64,000 nt of DNA from Balanoglossus misakiensis (GCA_040954595.2 CM082587.2:10235403-10299402); one strand, 5' to 3'. Shown: positions 10,836-25,200, counted from the stretch's first letter. Numbers and translations are program-made. The notes: generated by a model from the sequence alone, not told the origin.

Positions 10836-12568
10836 TACAGTACATATGCCATTGGCAGCTTATGGGTCAGTCAGTGTTTGCCCATTGATCTCTCTCTATG
10901 TGTGTGTCTGTCTGTCTGTATGTATATGGCCATGTACTCCGGTGTAGACTTTTTCTTGTGTAATCACTCAATGGGACCACCGTGTCCTTGACGCGATTTT
11001 TATCACATAAAAAAGAGTGTACCTTGTTGAAAATGAACAACAAAAGTTTCACTGCAACCTACCGTCTGCAATGGCTGGGATTTCGGAAAGCCTCTCTTTA
11101 TACACAACCATGGGTCAACAGCCAGCAAGTTCACCAATATATACACACAGCACAAATCAAGGTCACCACAAATATCACCATGACCTTGGAGAGAAAATTT
11201 AAATAAAAGCATAAAATCAGAGATCAAACGCACAGATGTAGTTCAAAGATTTGCTGCTGTGGTGCAGCAGGTACATGTACAATGAAGGGAAATTGAAATA
11301 TGTACTGTACGCTAATTGCATTCCTGTAAGTTTATTGTCTAGAATCCAGACTCCTGCGTTTTTTATGCTATGCTCCACACAGGGTTTAGCAATTTGGTCT
11401 CCATCTTTGAAATTTTGCTACCTATTTGCTTGTCAAAGGACTCCAGCCATGGCAACTTAAGGTCACTGATATTGAGCAACACCCCTGCTCATTAATTCAG
11501 TCAATCAGTAGTAGATCAGGTTGTTTATATTGACTTCTACATGTAAGATGTCATGTTCATGATCACATTTTAAGCATTGACCTACGCTGGCCCGGTTAGA
11601 GTCCTTTAACTTGCAAATAGCAACATTTCAAAAATAGAAACCAAATTACTAGACCCTGTGTGGGGAGCATAAAGAAAAACATGGTAGCTAGGGGTTACAG
11701 CCTACTGGGGATGATTTTCAAGTTCTGTAGTGTGCATCTTTTCTGCACATGACAAATTGTCATTCGAATCAATCTCAATCTCCGGCATCTATGGCTTCAA
11801 AGACCAACACACCTTAACCTATTCAGTTCGATGATATTTTACTGCAAATGAATAGTAAACACATCAGAATTTCAACCAACAGTTGTTCAAAATTCTCGGA
11901 GTTGAAAGTAGGCCTACAGCTACAGTTCTCCAAAAATCAAGACCTTAATTGCATGCAACGACCCTGGACAGAACAACTCTAAATTTAATGTTCTATGCTT
12001 TATGTACCAAATATTGTGTGTAAGAAAATGGATAACTCAAAATGCTCGGGAAACATCATGATTTCCTGCCTGCCCTCAGGCTGGTGCTCTCTGCTTGGGC
12101 ATCATCAACATTATGGTCAGAGATCACCACCCCTCCTGTGCAGGCTAAACATCATGATATTGTCATTGCCCTTGCTATAAAACATGTGTTATTATTTAAC
12201 TATTTGCTGGCCATATAGGCCTCAGCAAAAAACTCACCACTGTTCTGCAAATACATTTCCTATGTAGATACTACGCGTGTGGTTGTTGTCAGGATTTGAT
12301 GGACACAATCTATTTCACGGATTTGGTGGACACAATCTATTTCACCTTGTATCGTTGAACTGGGTCTGGTGGAAGAGAAAAATTGCTGATTTTATTGACG
12401 TCCAAATGTCACTACATTTTGATGTTTGTAGCAGTATACATTGATGTCTTCGCTGGTGAAACAGTTACAATTACTCCGTGTCTGGTCCCCCAAAACTGTC
12501 GGTTTCCTCCACAATACTGAAGAATGTATACCTGTCTTTAACTTCACATTAAAATCATGAGCCTACTA

Positions 12569-13098
12569 AGGGACTTGACTGGACTTGACTGGTCGGTTCT
12601 TCAGCCAGGGGGGGGGGGGGGTTGTGGTGGATTATAGGGGAGGGCTCACCCTGTTTTGGAATTGGGTGATGGGAGGGGGGGGGGCTCACCTTGTTTTGGA
12701 AATGTTGAATGAGGGACTAAACATTGCTTTTGAGTCCACAAAAATACAGTTTCGAGCTCTTAAATTAGAAAATTATCTAATGTGGGAGGGGACACCCACC
12801 CCCTGATTCTTTACCAGGCAGTACAGAGCAGGGTACTTGTCCCCCCCCCCCCCTACATGTGTTGAGTTTGAGGGGCAAAGGTAAAATTTGCCCTCCCCAA
12901 CATTGTTGAGTTGATTTGCTTTTGAGTTCATTAAAATTCAGCTTTGAGCTCTGAATTTTACAAACAAATCACAAAATCGCTGGGGGGGGGGGGGATAATT
13001 ACAGTTTGTGAAAGTTGACATGGGAGGGGGTGTCACTCACTTTTGATATCCACAAAATAGAATCAATCCCCCCATGCTGAAGAAACTGACCAGTCCCT
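12569..13098. mobile_element. MITE with AGGGACTGGTC(A/G)GTT(T)CTTCAGC TIRs (PIF/Harbinger-like)
   Basis: Inverted termini flanked by TA-rich sites. The same family occurs at 56243-56669 and partially at 20114-20197. Superfamily assignment is inference. Confidence 0.65.
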
Positions 13099-15332
13099 AA
13101 TGAGGTAATGATTGATTCGAACACAGCAACTTGAAACATAGGAGCTCTGCGTACAGTACGCATAGCTATAAGCGATCGCACATTACAAACCGGAAGTATC
13201 GATATCCGTTTTGCTTTGTAAACGCGTTTTTCGAATCATACGCGGAGGCAGAGCAAACAATTCTCACCTGAACGCAAACTGATGCCACTCCCACGAACAA
13301 CAATGTGTAGAACATAAGGTTTCACGACAGGTAACCATGGTTACGTTAGACCAAAATAAGCGACAGTCACCATGTTCCCATTCCCATGATTCGATTCGGT
13401 CGCATGAGGGCGCACTGTGCGCCAAGCGCAGGAAGACCACAAGCGTCGAACAAATTGTGCTTTTGTTTTTATGTACCAATTTCTGTCTTACGTCCTGTAC
13501 ATTTTCCGAAAGTTACGCATATGGCTAGATTTGCTTCATGTGTTTAGATTTTTAAGTCATTTCTCGTATTCAGCAACTAGAAAACTAAGTGTAAGCCATG
13601 ATTTGTTATCAAGTAAATAGTGTTCTGTTTTGTTTTGCTTTTTTAGCGTGTTATGTTGTCCATGTGTCCAATGGTTCATTGACCAGGTGAACCTCACTTT
13701 TATTCCTTTGTTCAACACACCGCGTATCCAGGTGTTAATTAATTATGTATTTTAGTCGTATAAAAAACGTACATTGCCACGTTGCCTCGCCGTTATTTGT
13801 AAAAGGTTACTATGCCACGTGTTGTCTCCGGCCACATTGACCAGTTTCCATCCGACCTCGTGCTTACTACCTTACATGTCGTCCCGTCACCATCATCAAG
13901 GATTCTTGTCGTATGTTCCAGTGGTCTTTCAAGAAAGTAGTGTTCTTGGAGCATTGAAGTTCCGTGAGTACATCACATGTGAACCCGGCGCCCTGGATCC
14001 GGTCTTTGGGTATTCTGTGTGGACTAATCTAGACTTTCGAGAACTTGAATTTGCCCTTATTTATGGATCCCCGATTACGCCACCCTCGAGCTGGAAATTT
14101 CATGGAGTTTTTCTTCTTCTAACTCGTCAGGACAATATTGTGAGGTAATACGTGACTGTTCCTTGAAAACTTTAACGCTAGCTATAGAATTATTGCATGC
14201 AAATCCCAGTACTATTAATTGTCAGTCTATTATCTTTTGGTGGAATGTTGTATTTGCTGTTGGTCGTTTAATTGGTCACCGTTAGACAAAAGAATCTTTC
14301 AATGGTTGTACTTATTCATTTTATATTTTTCGAGTTATTTAAATAAGATTATTTAATGAATAATTTGTGTGTATGTGATTTGATTGACCGTTATTCTGTC
14401 CAAATAGTTTCTTAACAAGCTTAGCGTCTGTGAACGTGTACAAGTCATGGGATCGCGTAACCCAAACCATCAGCTCAGGCCGAATTTGTAACTCAACTCG
14501 GTACCGAAACTCTCGCTCCGAGCTAGCTGTGGTACGCAGCTGTACCGTTGGGGTTCGGCAACAAATCCGACAACCCAGCGATAACTGTCGGCTAGCTTCC
14601 ACAAAGCCGCGTGCTTGTCCGAGTGGAAGGACCATCAACATTTTACTAATGGGTGGGTCAGGTATGAAGTCAGAACGAGAACGAATTTCACCTTTACACA
14701 TTCCAAAACAGCTCTGTGAAACATCATAATCTGTTGTATATAGATAATATTCCATGGTTTTCATTTCACTGTCAAGTAATTACTCTATACGGATGTCCCA
14801 ACATAGTTATTAAGTTTGGGCATAGTCACAGTATCCAACAAAATGGGCTTGTTTCTACGCGAAGAGCGAACACTCTAAGCTTTGTCCGATGACTGACTTT
14901 ATTCCACAACTGCACAAGTTTATTGTGGGAAACATGGAAGTGAAATTGAGTGGACGCTCGTTTTGTCGTGGAAAACCACTGCTCGATGATACGTTTTATC
15001 AGAAACGAAATGATGTCACTTGTCGCATAATAGGGGCCTGTGTATTTCCAAGTCCAACTGACTGTATGGAAACAGTTCCAGAAAAGTTTTATCAACATTC
15101 ATTGTAACCACCTGTGCATGTAATCGGCGGTCCTTGGACGTGTACTGTATCTTTCCTTGGAGTGTTCTGTGTCAGTAAAATTAATGCATGGTAACGGAAA
15201 AAAATGACACGCACAATTTGCCGAGTTTTCTTCATATTAGGCTACAAAGTTTGAGTTTTAAATTTCTTCAAGCATAATGTCTGCATAAGCATCAACAATG
15301 TTGCAAATATTGTTACATGCCCATTATATCAA

Positions 15333-15392
15333 CCACAGGTCGCGCTGCGCAGTTGAGAGCACAAGCGCTCTCAACTAGCGCGCGACCTGTGG
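15333..15392. other. GC-rich 60-bp imperfect hairpin
   Basis: ccacaggtcgcgc..agttgagagc / gctctcaact..gcgcgacctgtgg. Confidence 0.7.
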
Positions 15393-16559
15393 AATCAGCT
15401 TGATAAAATCAGGTGTCTCATTTAATTTAGACGCGCGTTGCCACTGTAGTGAATTTTCGGTGTTATTCAAATCTTGCCGAACTGATAATTCTTTCTTTTG
15501 TTATTATAATCCCAACCAGGACGTGTTGCGTTGAACTGATTATTTTGTCTAATTAAAGGCTAGAGTGCATGCGCAGTGGGTTTATTCTGGATTTTTCTGG
15601 ATGCTAATTATCATACTCGCATGCGCAGATGCCACTCTGTCCGTTAGTGGCATTTGAATTCGCAGACGGTATCATTTCTTTGTCTTTCAGTTTGGATACA
15701 TGTACGGCGGCTGATCTCTGGTAAAACTGCGCGGTGGAAATGGTAAAATGGAGTGGTCGGCATTGGTCCCGGAGTGTAACGCTGCGAATATGGTGACATT
15801 GTTCTGTGTTTTGTTGATTGTATGCGCTGTGCTGTATCGTCTTGTCACTGTTTTTCTTTGCAACCGGCGCGCCATGTAAACATTGTGCACAAACAAACAA
15901 GGGTACTTTGAGAAATACAAATGTTTGCATGGGTATAATATTTTGGTTTCAAAGGTGTGATGAGTAATGTACTGTAAAATCGAGGGTTATGCCACGTGGT
16001 AAAGTGTTAACAAAGGGTATATAAATGACAAGTGTGTGGTTAAATGGTTTTATGGTATAGTGAAACAAATGTGTACAAAAGGGTAATTATATCACGTGGT
16101 TACATATAATTCTGTACAGAGGGTTAATATGACTATAGTGATAAAAAGGTGTAACGGCCGGGTTATGCCACGTGGTAAAGTGTGAACAAAGGGTATATAA
16201 ATATGACTGGTGTTTGGATTTATGGTCTAGTGAAAACAATGAATAAAGGGAAATTAATTAAATTATGCCACGTGGTTACATTAATTCTGTACAGAGGGTT
16301 AATAATAATGACTTGTTGTGTTATGGGTTTAAAGTGTAGTGACAAAAAAGGTGTAACCGGTAATGCCACATGGTCAAATTAAATGTGTACAGGTTGTAAA
16401 GGGTAATGCAGACAAAGGTGTGTAATGTAGTTGTAAAACAATTGTGAAATGATTATATAAATGTATGTTTAACATGTTCTTTTTTCTTTTATAGAAATTA
16501 TTTTCGCTATGCGCTCGTGTGATTCGTCCGTGGATTTTTTCGCAACTTTCCCCGAGATT

Positions 16560-17081
16560 GTGTCCTTCGGTGCCATTCGCTCGTCCGCATTTCCTTCGTC
16601 GCTCATCGCCATCTGTCGTCGCCAACGTGTCCTTCGGTGCCATTCGCTCGTCCGCATTTCCTTCGTCGCTCGTCGCCATTCGTTCGTCGCCAACGTGTCC
16701 TTCGGTGCCATTCGTTCGTCCGCATTTCCTTCGTCGCTCGTCGCCATCTGTCGTCGCCAACGTGTCCTTCGGTGCCATTCGCTCGTCCGCATTTCCTTCG
16801 TCGCTCGTCGCCATCTGTCGTCGCCAACGTGTCCTTCGGTGCCATTCGCTCGTCCGCATTTCCTTCGTCGCTCGTCGCCATCTGTCGTCGCCAACGTGTC
16901 CTTCGGTGCCATTCGCTCGTCCGCATTTCCTTCGTCGCTCGTCGCCATTCGTTCGTCGCCAACGTGTCCTTCGGTGCCATTCGTTCGTCCGCATTTCCTT
17001 CGTCGCTCGTCGCCATCTGTCGTCGCCAACGTGTCCTTCGGTGCCATTCGCTCGTCCGCATTTCCTTCGTCACTCGTCGCC
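16560..17081. repeat. 67/68-bp CpG-rich minisatellite, about 7.8 copies
   Basis: Unit starts at 16560, 16627, 16695, 16762, 16829, 16896, 16964 and 17031. Confidence 0.95.
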
Positions 17082-18433
17082 GTGTTCGTCGCCATACACT
17101 GCGTGTTTTCTTCGTCCCTCGTCACAATTCGCTCGTTCATCGTATTTCATTAAAAAAATTAAAAGCCAGCAAGACGATTCGGGTTAGCCTTTAATATTTG
17201 CATCGAACGATGGGGGAGAGGGCAGTTTTTCCTCATTTATATTTGGCTCAAGGTTTTTTCACTGCCCTTTAGGCGTGTAAAAAAGACTAGGTTATCACAC
17301 AGAATGTAATTATCTTGCATAAAAAAAAGAACCAAAATTGTATGGGGGAGAGATGGGACCAAGAAGCTTTTGGTCTTTACCCATTAGGCACTTAATTAAA
17401 TTTAAAAATAATAAAAATAATAATAGTTAACCAGGGTAAAGCCAAAAGCTATTGTGTGCACCGTCAACAAGCTATTTTGGCACTTTCTATCAATATGATG
17501 AGCAGATATTTTTTTTGCTCATCATTTCAATTTGAATACTGTGACATGTTTCAAATGGGTATGCAAGATTTATTACATCAGCAGTTAGCCACCTAGCCAC
17601 ACTTAGCTACACTATATAATGAACAAATAATGAAATTAATTTACCCGCAAGAGGTGTTCTTGGAGAATGTATCCACATTGACAGTTCGACTCTGTCGATG
17701 CCTAGGGTTTTAACATTAATCTTCATTATTGTTCATATATAGTGAATAAATTTATTCCAAATTCATTTTTAAGTTCTTACTTTGTTCAATCTTTAAAAAG
17801 CATCATGTATGTTAGGGGCTCAATCTTACCCTACTCGTCTTGCCCATTTTTCACATGATTCCAGTGCTTAACTCCGCGAAAGATAACCTCAGGAAAATTG
17901 CTGTCCACCAGCCGTGCTTCCAACTCAAGACAGAAAATTTACTTGTATTTTATGCGATTCAAAGCCAGGCATATTGCACAAATCAAATAGAAAGTTCACT
18001 GTTGTGATTTTACCTCTTCAGGACGACTTACAAAGAGAAGCTTAAAACTTTGTTATGTGATGCAATGGGGGCAAAACACTTGGGGGGTCACACCATACTC
18101 ATTATGGCGGTGTAGCATCAGTGCTGGGCCTGGGGCGGTATAGAAAAACCAATTTGGACACGCTAAGTGGGCACAGGGCTGAATTAGTTTGGTCGCGTTC
18201 GGAAAGGGGGATCAGGGCCGACATACAATCCGGGCCGTATGTGGACGGGTTCATGGAGTTATGTTGGCCTAGTTGATCCTTCACGTTGTGTGCAAAGCTC
18301 ATTTTCCCTTCTTGCGCAAAACAAAACAAAACAAAAAAAAATAGCGTCAAGGACACTGTGGTCACATTTGAGGATAATGCGGAAACAGTGACACACCAGA
18401 ATAAAAATTACAGGTGACATTGCAAGCAGATCT

Positions 18434-19925
18434 ACAAGCAGCAATAGCGGGCCCAAGCCAACATAGCACATAGCAATAAGCATATCTGCTCTGGATGCCA
18501 AGATATGGAAAAGTAGGTCAAAGGTCACCTGAGGTTATGCAAAATTTGGGCAAGAAATTTTGACTCTATACTGGTCCATGTTCAACAAAAACCAAACCTA
18601 TAGCCCTATTGGTTAGCCTGGAATTAGGTATGCACATAATTAATGAGATATGCAGGTGTCACAGGTGACCCCAAATTTTGGCTTTTCAATTTTAGTCCCA
18701 ACCCTCCAAACACCAATTATGTACCTGCTCTGGATGCCAAGATATGATAAAGTAGGTCAAGGGTCACCTGAGGTCATGCAAAATTTGGGCAAGAAATTTT
18801 GACCCTATACTGGTCCATGTTCAACAAAAACCAAACCTATAGCCCTATTGGTTAGCCTGGAATTAAGTATGCACATAAGTAATGAGATATGCAGGTGTTA
18901 CAGGTGACCCCAAATTTTGGCTTTTCAATTTTAGTCCCAACCCTCCGAACGCCAAGTCTGTACCTGCTCTGGATGCCAAGAAATGGTAAAGTAGGTCAAA
19001 GGTCACCTGAGGTCAGGAAAATTTTGGGCAAGAAATTTTGACCCTATACTGGTCCATGTTCAACAAAAACCAAACCTATAGCCCTATTGGTTAGCCTGGA
19101 ATTAGGTATGCACATAATTAATGAGATAAGCAGGTGTTACAGGTGACCCCCATTTTGGCTTTTCAATTTTAGTCCCAACTCTCCAAACGCCAAGTCTGTA
19201 CCTGCTCTGGATGCCGAGATATAGGAAAGTAGGTCAAAGGTCACCTGAGGTCACCCAAAATTTGGGCAAGAAATTTTGACCCTATACTGGTCCATGTCCC
19301 ACAAGAACGAAACCTCTAGCCCTATTAGTTAGCCCAGAATTAGGTATGCACATAATTAATGTGTTAAGCAGGTGTTACAGGTGAGCCCAAAAGTTTGCCT
19401 TTTATTTTGGCCCCATAGACAGTCACTGTACAGGACTATTGCACAGACCAGAATTCCACAATAAGACGTGGACATAGCTTAACCATAGAGGTATAAGTAA
19501 AGGTATAAATTTAATAAAAAGACTAAAAAATTCATAAAAAATAAAACATCCCTGTTATTAACTTAACACTTACAGGTCGATGTGAGGTTGACATATGGTA
19601 CATGCATACCAATTTTGAAAGCAATCTGACGAGTAGTTGTTGACTTTCAGAGTTTTGATAAATTTCACATTTTTCCAGCTAATTTGCATATTTTTGGGCC
19701 TGGCAACTTCGTTTGGACAAACTCCCATCTACAGCCCAGCCTGCACCTATACACCAAATATTGAGGTGATACGCGCAGCGGTTTTCAAGTTTTTGATGTG
19801 GACGGACATACAGACATACATCCATACATCCATCCATCCATCCATCCATCCATCCATAAATACATACAGACGCAACCGATCCCATAAGGTCCCATGGTAT
19901 ATATGCCTATACCAATGGGACCTAA
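18434..19925 (+). mobile_element. Non-autonomous Helitron/Helentron-like element with internal tandem array
   Basis: Four ~239-bp units rich in ggtcaaaggtca, then a (CATC)n microsatellite and a 3' hairpin (ggtcccatggtata...taccaatgggacc). This layout matches Helentron-associated repeats. The 5' boundary is approximate. Confidence 0.55.
18486..19405. repeat. 239-bp tandem repeat x ~4
   Basis: ctgctctggatgcc recurs at 18486, 18725, 18964 and 19202. Confidence 0.92.
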
Positions 19926-20113
19926 TCATGAACAGTAGAAATAGCGAGCCTTATTCAAATCTGCTATTTTGAACTATGACAGGTCAAAGGTCGCAAAGGG
20001 TGGCAAAGATCATTTAAAACACACACATGTCGAACGTATGAATGTTTTAGCAAGAGGGGGAATAAAGTTAGCCTTGCAAAGTACAGGAGGATAGACACCA
20101 GCACCTGAGATGA

Positions 20114-20360
20114 CATCACCCAATTCCAAAACAGGGTGACCCCCTCCCCTATAATCCACCCCTCCCCCCAGGCTGAAGAAACCGACCAGTCCCCTTAGTA
20201 GGCTCATGATTTATGTGTACGTTCTTCACTCATTCAGTATTGTGGAGGAAACTGACAATTTTGGAGACCATACACTGAGTAATTGTAACTGTGTCGCCAG
20301 TTTAGACATCATGTGTGTACTGCCACAAACATCAAAATCTAGACATTTGGAAGTCAGCGT
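20114..20360 (-). repeat. Inverted paralog of ~12390-12670 (MITE end plus flank)
   Basis: cagtattgtggaggaaactgaca...gagtaattgtaactgt and the adjoining MITE terminus are the reverse complement of 12461-12670. Confidence 0.7.
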
Positions 20361-22200
20361 GTGGTACGTATTTCCTGACCACTCGACACAATTTTTCGCG
20401 GTTATTCCAAGTTCTGGGTTCGATTACACCACCATTGTCAGTAAACATTGCACTACGGGGAAAATTTATTTTCACCAGACACGCGTCACGTGATTTCTGT
20501 TCTGGTATACACAGGTACACAGAGGATGATCACCAGCTATGGCAGCCAAAGAGGGCTGAAGTCGCGCGCGACCTCTGGGTCGAGCGTCAGAGACGCGGAA
20601 CATTGCCATGGAAATATTACAAGCGACACAAGCGGCTGACGATAGTCTACGTCCACTAAGTATGACAGAAAATAATTCTATGGGGAATTCGTTCATTTTG
20701 TGGTCTGTCCCTGGTTGCGTTTTTGAATACTCAACGCGAGAGTTCAAACGAGGTCATGGCCCTTTGCACGTTCAATTCTGTTCACACCACAGGCCCTCGT
20801 AATATTCTTGTGAGGCTTACGGAACGGAATAGCCACACGAAATAAAAAATAGTTTCTCCAAATCCAAAAATTTTTCCACGTTTTGCTTTTATCACCACAC
20901 GGATTTTGAACGGAATGGAAAGGAATTTCGGATCGAAAGCAGAACTTCAGTGTGCATATTATTTTTTGAAGTTTTTACTGTTTTTCCAAGATAAAATTCG
21001 TGTATTCTACTACAGAAAATAAGGCTGATTCCAATTTGAAACCACGTCTGAGTCAAAATCTTACCTCGCATATCAGTGCGAACTCTAGCTCGTCAAATGA
21101 CCGTTAATCACGGTGTTTTCTAAACTTTGCAGCGCCCCCAACGTTATCTTGTTTTCAAATGCGGAAGTGGTGAGCTGATTTCCCACGTAATTTTCTAAGC
21201 TTATTTACGTCGGAATTATCGTATTTTACCAGTCATTTTCACCATTTATCGATAGTTTGTAGTTTAAGCTATTAAACGACACATTTTACCGAAATATCTT
21301 GATAAACCTTGCGAAAAACTGATAAAACTTACAGTGACCCGAAATTTGGAAAAATAATAGACATCGAATTTATAGTGTTTTAAGATGTGCAGCACTTTCT
21401 TATAAAAAATAATTGTAACATTTTGAAACGATTTTGGTAATTTCAATATATATTCTGACTATTTTAGAAAAATGGTGTGTGTACCCCCATGGGTCTTTGC
21501 AAAATCGCCCCTGATTACAAGTGCAACAATTCCGTTCTATAGCATGTATAGTATAGCGCACACGCCTGACTAGTGCATAGCTCCTGAACCTTCGTATGAT
21601 GCAGTATACGTAGCGTGAGCGTCTCCTCGTGGGTGAACTGAATTTTCGTGACATGTTGATGTGATATCGCTTTTCATACCGCGAAGCCTTACTTTTACAA
21701 AGGTTCTGACCCCCCAAAAAAAAACATATTTTCTTTGTGATTTTCAATTGTCTACTTGTCGTATTGGTGTTTGGGACTATTGTCTGGCTCAAACGGAGCT
21801 CCATCGTGTGTCGGTCACGTCATATCGGCTTATTATGAAAAAGATCGGTAGTTTGAAAACAGCCTTTCGGTACGGTACTGCACTACGCTCTTTGGCTTAT
21901 TATTAAAAAGATCGACAGAGTTTGAAATGATCGGTAGTTTGAAAACCGCCTTTCGGCACTGGTGTTTATCAGCCTACATTGGCACTACGTTTATCGGCCG
22001 ACAAAGTGTGAAAATGATCGGTCATGTACGGGAAAAAATGTCTGGTGTTCTACACATAATGTAACTTTTTAAATTTGTGATCGTGATTTATTTCGATGAT
22101 CACATTCTGTTCAAAAACGGGGTTTTTCGAGCCTTTACTGTCGACAAGACGCGCATATGAGTGAGCCAGAATGCCGCACTCTGGTTGGTCAATTTAGTAG

Positions 22201-22215
22201 CCACTAGAGGGCAGC
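22201..22215 (+). promoter_or_regulatory. CTCF consensus-like motif (also at 30551-30565)
   Basis: CCACTAGAGGGCAGC matches the bilaterian CTCF core. Function is untested. Confidence 0.4.
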
Positions 22216-25200
22216 GTTCATGAGTGCCCCCCCCCCCCCCCCTGCCGGGCACACATGCAATCAGACCATAAGCCTGCACGGACGACGAGAGGTGTTGTGA
22301 GAGAGTCTAGACCGACACATACATTCAGGCTGATGTCCGTGCTGGTGGATCAAGTGGACAAGATCGATGTGGTTTGTATGTGTGTCTCCCTTTAAGCGTA
22401 GCCAAAGTAAAAGAAAACTAGTCACATTGTTTCTGTCTGTCTGTCTGTCTGTCCCTCTGCCTGTCTGGTTGTTTGTCTGTCTGTCACTCTGCCTTCCTGT
22501 CTGTCTTTCTGTCACTCTGCCTGCCTGTCCGCCAGTCACTCTGCCTGCCTGTCTGTCTGTCTCTCACTCTGCCTGTCTGTCTTGTCTGTATGTCCGTCCG
22601 TCGCTGAGTGCTTGTTGGTCGCCTCGATCAGAGTGTGTGGATATCATCTGACTTTGTCTAGTAACTGAATGTTGTTATCGTTTATCGAAAATAACATGAA
22701 CTTAAAAATAATGCTATAAGGAGGTACATTTTTCATTTCAGGGACACTTGTTAGAAGAAGAAAGGAGCGAGGAGTGTTTAGAATGTACATTAGAATTTTA
22801 CGAGGACGATATCTTACATGTCATATGTAGTTCAGTTGATGTAAGTAAACGATTTTTGTATGTCGTATCTTTAACATCCCTCTCTGTCTTCAAGAAGTGA
22901 ACAACAGTGTACTTTGCATGAATCGACATGATATAAGCTGTAAAATTGCCTTTGAAATCCAATTAACGTTTAGTATGTTTAAAAACTCCCCTAAAACGTA
23001 AGTTGTATTTTTTTAAACATGGTAGGTTTACGTGACGAATAATAGCGTTATAAAATACAAGTCAATACGTATTGAGTTCCATTATTAATAAAGAGATCTC
23101 AATTCCTGCATAGCATCCTATACCTTAATATGGCGTTGTATTTTTAATATTAAAGTGTCCGGACCGCCTTGCCAACGGTTTGTACTGTGGTCCAACAGGC
23201 CGAAAAGTGACATTTTCAAGCCCGGTTCAATACTGCTCTTTCCAACGATGTGACGAACGTGACCACTACTATTGCAAGGATTACCATCCTGATATTCGTA
23301 TGGTTAATTATAATGGCTAGTGAGATGAGGCACTTGTAATGGCGTCTCCTTGCACGTTTTGATTTAACACTTTCACAATCCAATGTATAATTAGCAATTT
23401 CCTCTTACAACTTCACACGCAATAATGTTGTTTTAGGAAATGGAACATAAAAAAAACTAGTGACAATGAAATAAAACGATGTGTATTATGTGAAACGTCT
23501 GCCATATTATTCCCACCAAGATTAAACAGAAAACAGTTCCGGGTTATTCCTTGTACTGGTCTGTTGTCATAACAACGCAGCATTTCTGCTATTAACCATC
23601 GTTTACCAAAGCTACGTACCGCCAATCGAAAATCATGCGTTATTCAGAATCTGGCTTGAGATTACACCCCATGCGGTAACACGGCAACAACTGACTAGAA
23701 CGCACTAGTCACTGCTGCTCCAACACATGGCGCCCTCTACACGTGGTGTTGTTCATTTCTTCTGTTTAAAAAAAAAACCTCCAGAGAATTGTGCGTCGCG
23801 AATTTGACCAAGAACACATACGAGTTCCATCATGAACATTTACAAAATTGGCATGTCATGCAAATCCATTTAGTACCACAATAAATTTAACGATTCGACA
23901 TTTTGTTTTAATTATTTATACTAACAGCCATGGGCATACGACTCATCAATTTCATAGCGATTCATGTTTTGTAATTAATTGTAAACAACAACAACAACAA
24001 CAACAACATCATCATAAACAACAACAACAACAACAACAAATACTACTTCTACTACTACTACCTAATCATAGTAACGAATGTGAACAAGGACAATATTTCA
24101 GGACTTTGACCCTTTATAAAAACCAGGGTGTTGTGCCCTTTTTATCATATACCCTGCTTCCACGTGGTGTGGACTGTAATCGCTACGGGTCAAAATTATG
24201 TTAGTAAATTATTCAGTGTTAATCCAAACGCCACACTGCCGTTCATCGCGCATGTGCAGCATTCAGACCAGTATGTTTTCATCATTTAAGTCTAAAGAGA
24301 TTTTTTTTTGGGGGGGGGGGGGTGATTCTAAGAGAGATATTAAACAAAATGTCAGATAGTGAAAAGGCATTCGGAATGCATGGCATTTCACATTTCACAA
24401 ACGAGTGAATGAATATGATTCTAATGTATGTGATAACATTTCAAAAAACATCGTGGCGCATGCGTAGTCAGCTTCTCATTCGGCTCACAAAAACACCAGA
24501 AGACTGTTTTGATAAATTTAAATTTACAACCTGTAGTGAAAAATATGGCTGGAATGTACAGATACAGCAAGGTGTACAACTTACAATGTATGTCGATCAA
24601 TCAAGTGTTACGAGAAAGATAAATAAGCAATGAATAAATAAATACCAAAGATATAACCTATCGCATGTTACAAGGCAGGTGGGGGTGGAGATATTGTTGC
24701 TATGGAAAAGTCAATAGATTTCTCATGACGTCATTAATCATCATTGATCATGTAATTAACGTTTGCATCGATTTTGTACAAATAAGTCAGCATCTTGTAC
24801 CTGTACCTCTGTTGTGTCCCCAGGGATTTAAATTTGGTGGATTGTCTGTGTTGTGTGTCTCGTCTCACGCGCATGCGCGTAACTTCCCAGCCAATTTTCC
24901 GTTCGATGCATTCAAATAGTGGACTGCCTTCGCTTCCTTCCATTTTTCATGCGCACAGTATAAGTATAGATTCTGGTTTTGTCCCTCCTTTTCACCCAAG
25001 CTGGTGTCTTTTCACGATCTCCGACACAGATTATGGTCGCCGCCATCTTCTCTGTCGTTAGGACAGAGCAGCCTCATGGGATTGACTGTTCACTAAACGC
25101 CTGTAACCAGCGGCTACAGCTGGAATATGCCTGTGAGATGAGCTACGCGCTTTAACAGTGCCAAGTCTGTGCCTTTTTTATATCCAATTTGACTATTTTC

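Noticed and set aside
13590-14417. Possible solo LTR (TG...CA)
   Set aside because: No matching TSD, primer-binding site or second copy could be found.
16374-17194. Six overlapping 150-220 aa ORFs
   Set aside because: Products of a stop-poor 67/68-bp tandem repeat whose unit length is not a multiple of three.
22245-22370. Hammerhead or other ribozyme
   Set aside because: Local complementarity exists, but the CUGANGA...GAAA core is absent.
23848-24204. PolyQ ORF (also 32452-32826)
   Set aside because: (CAA)n microsatellite with no protein-like flanks.
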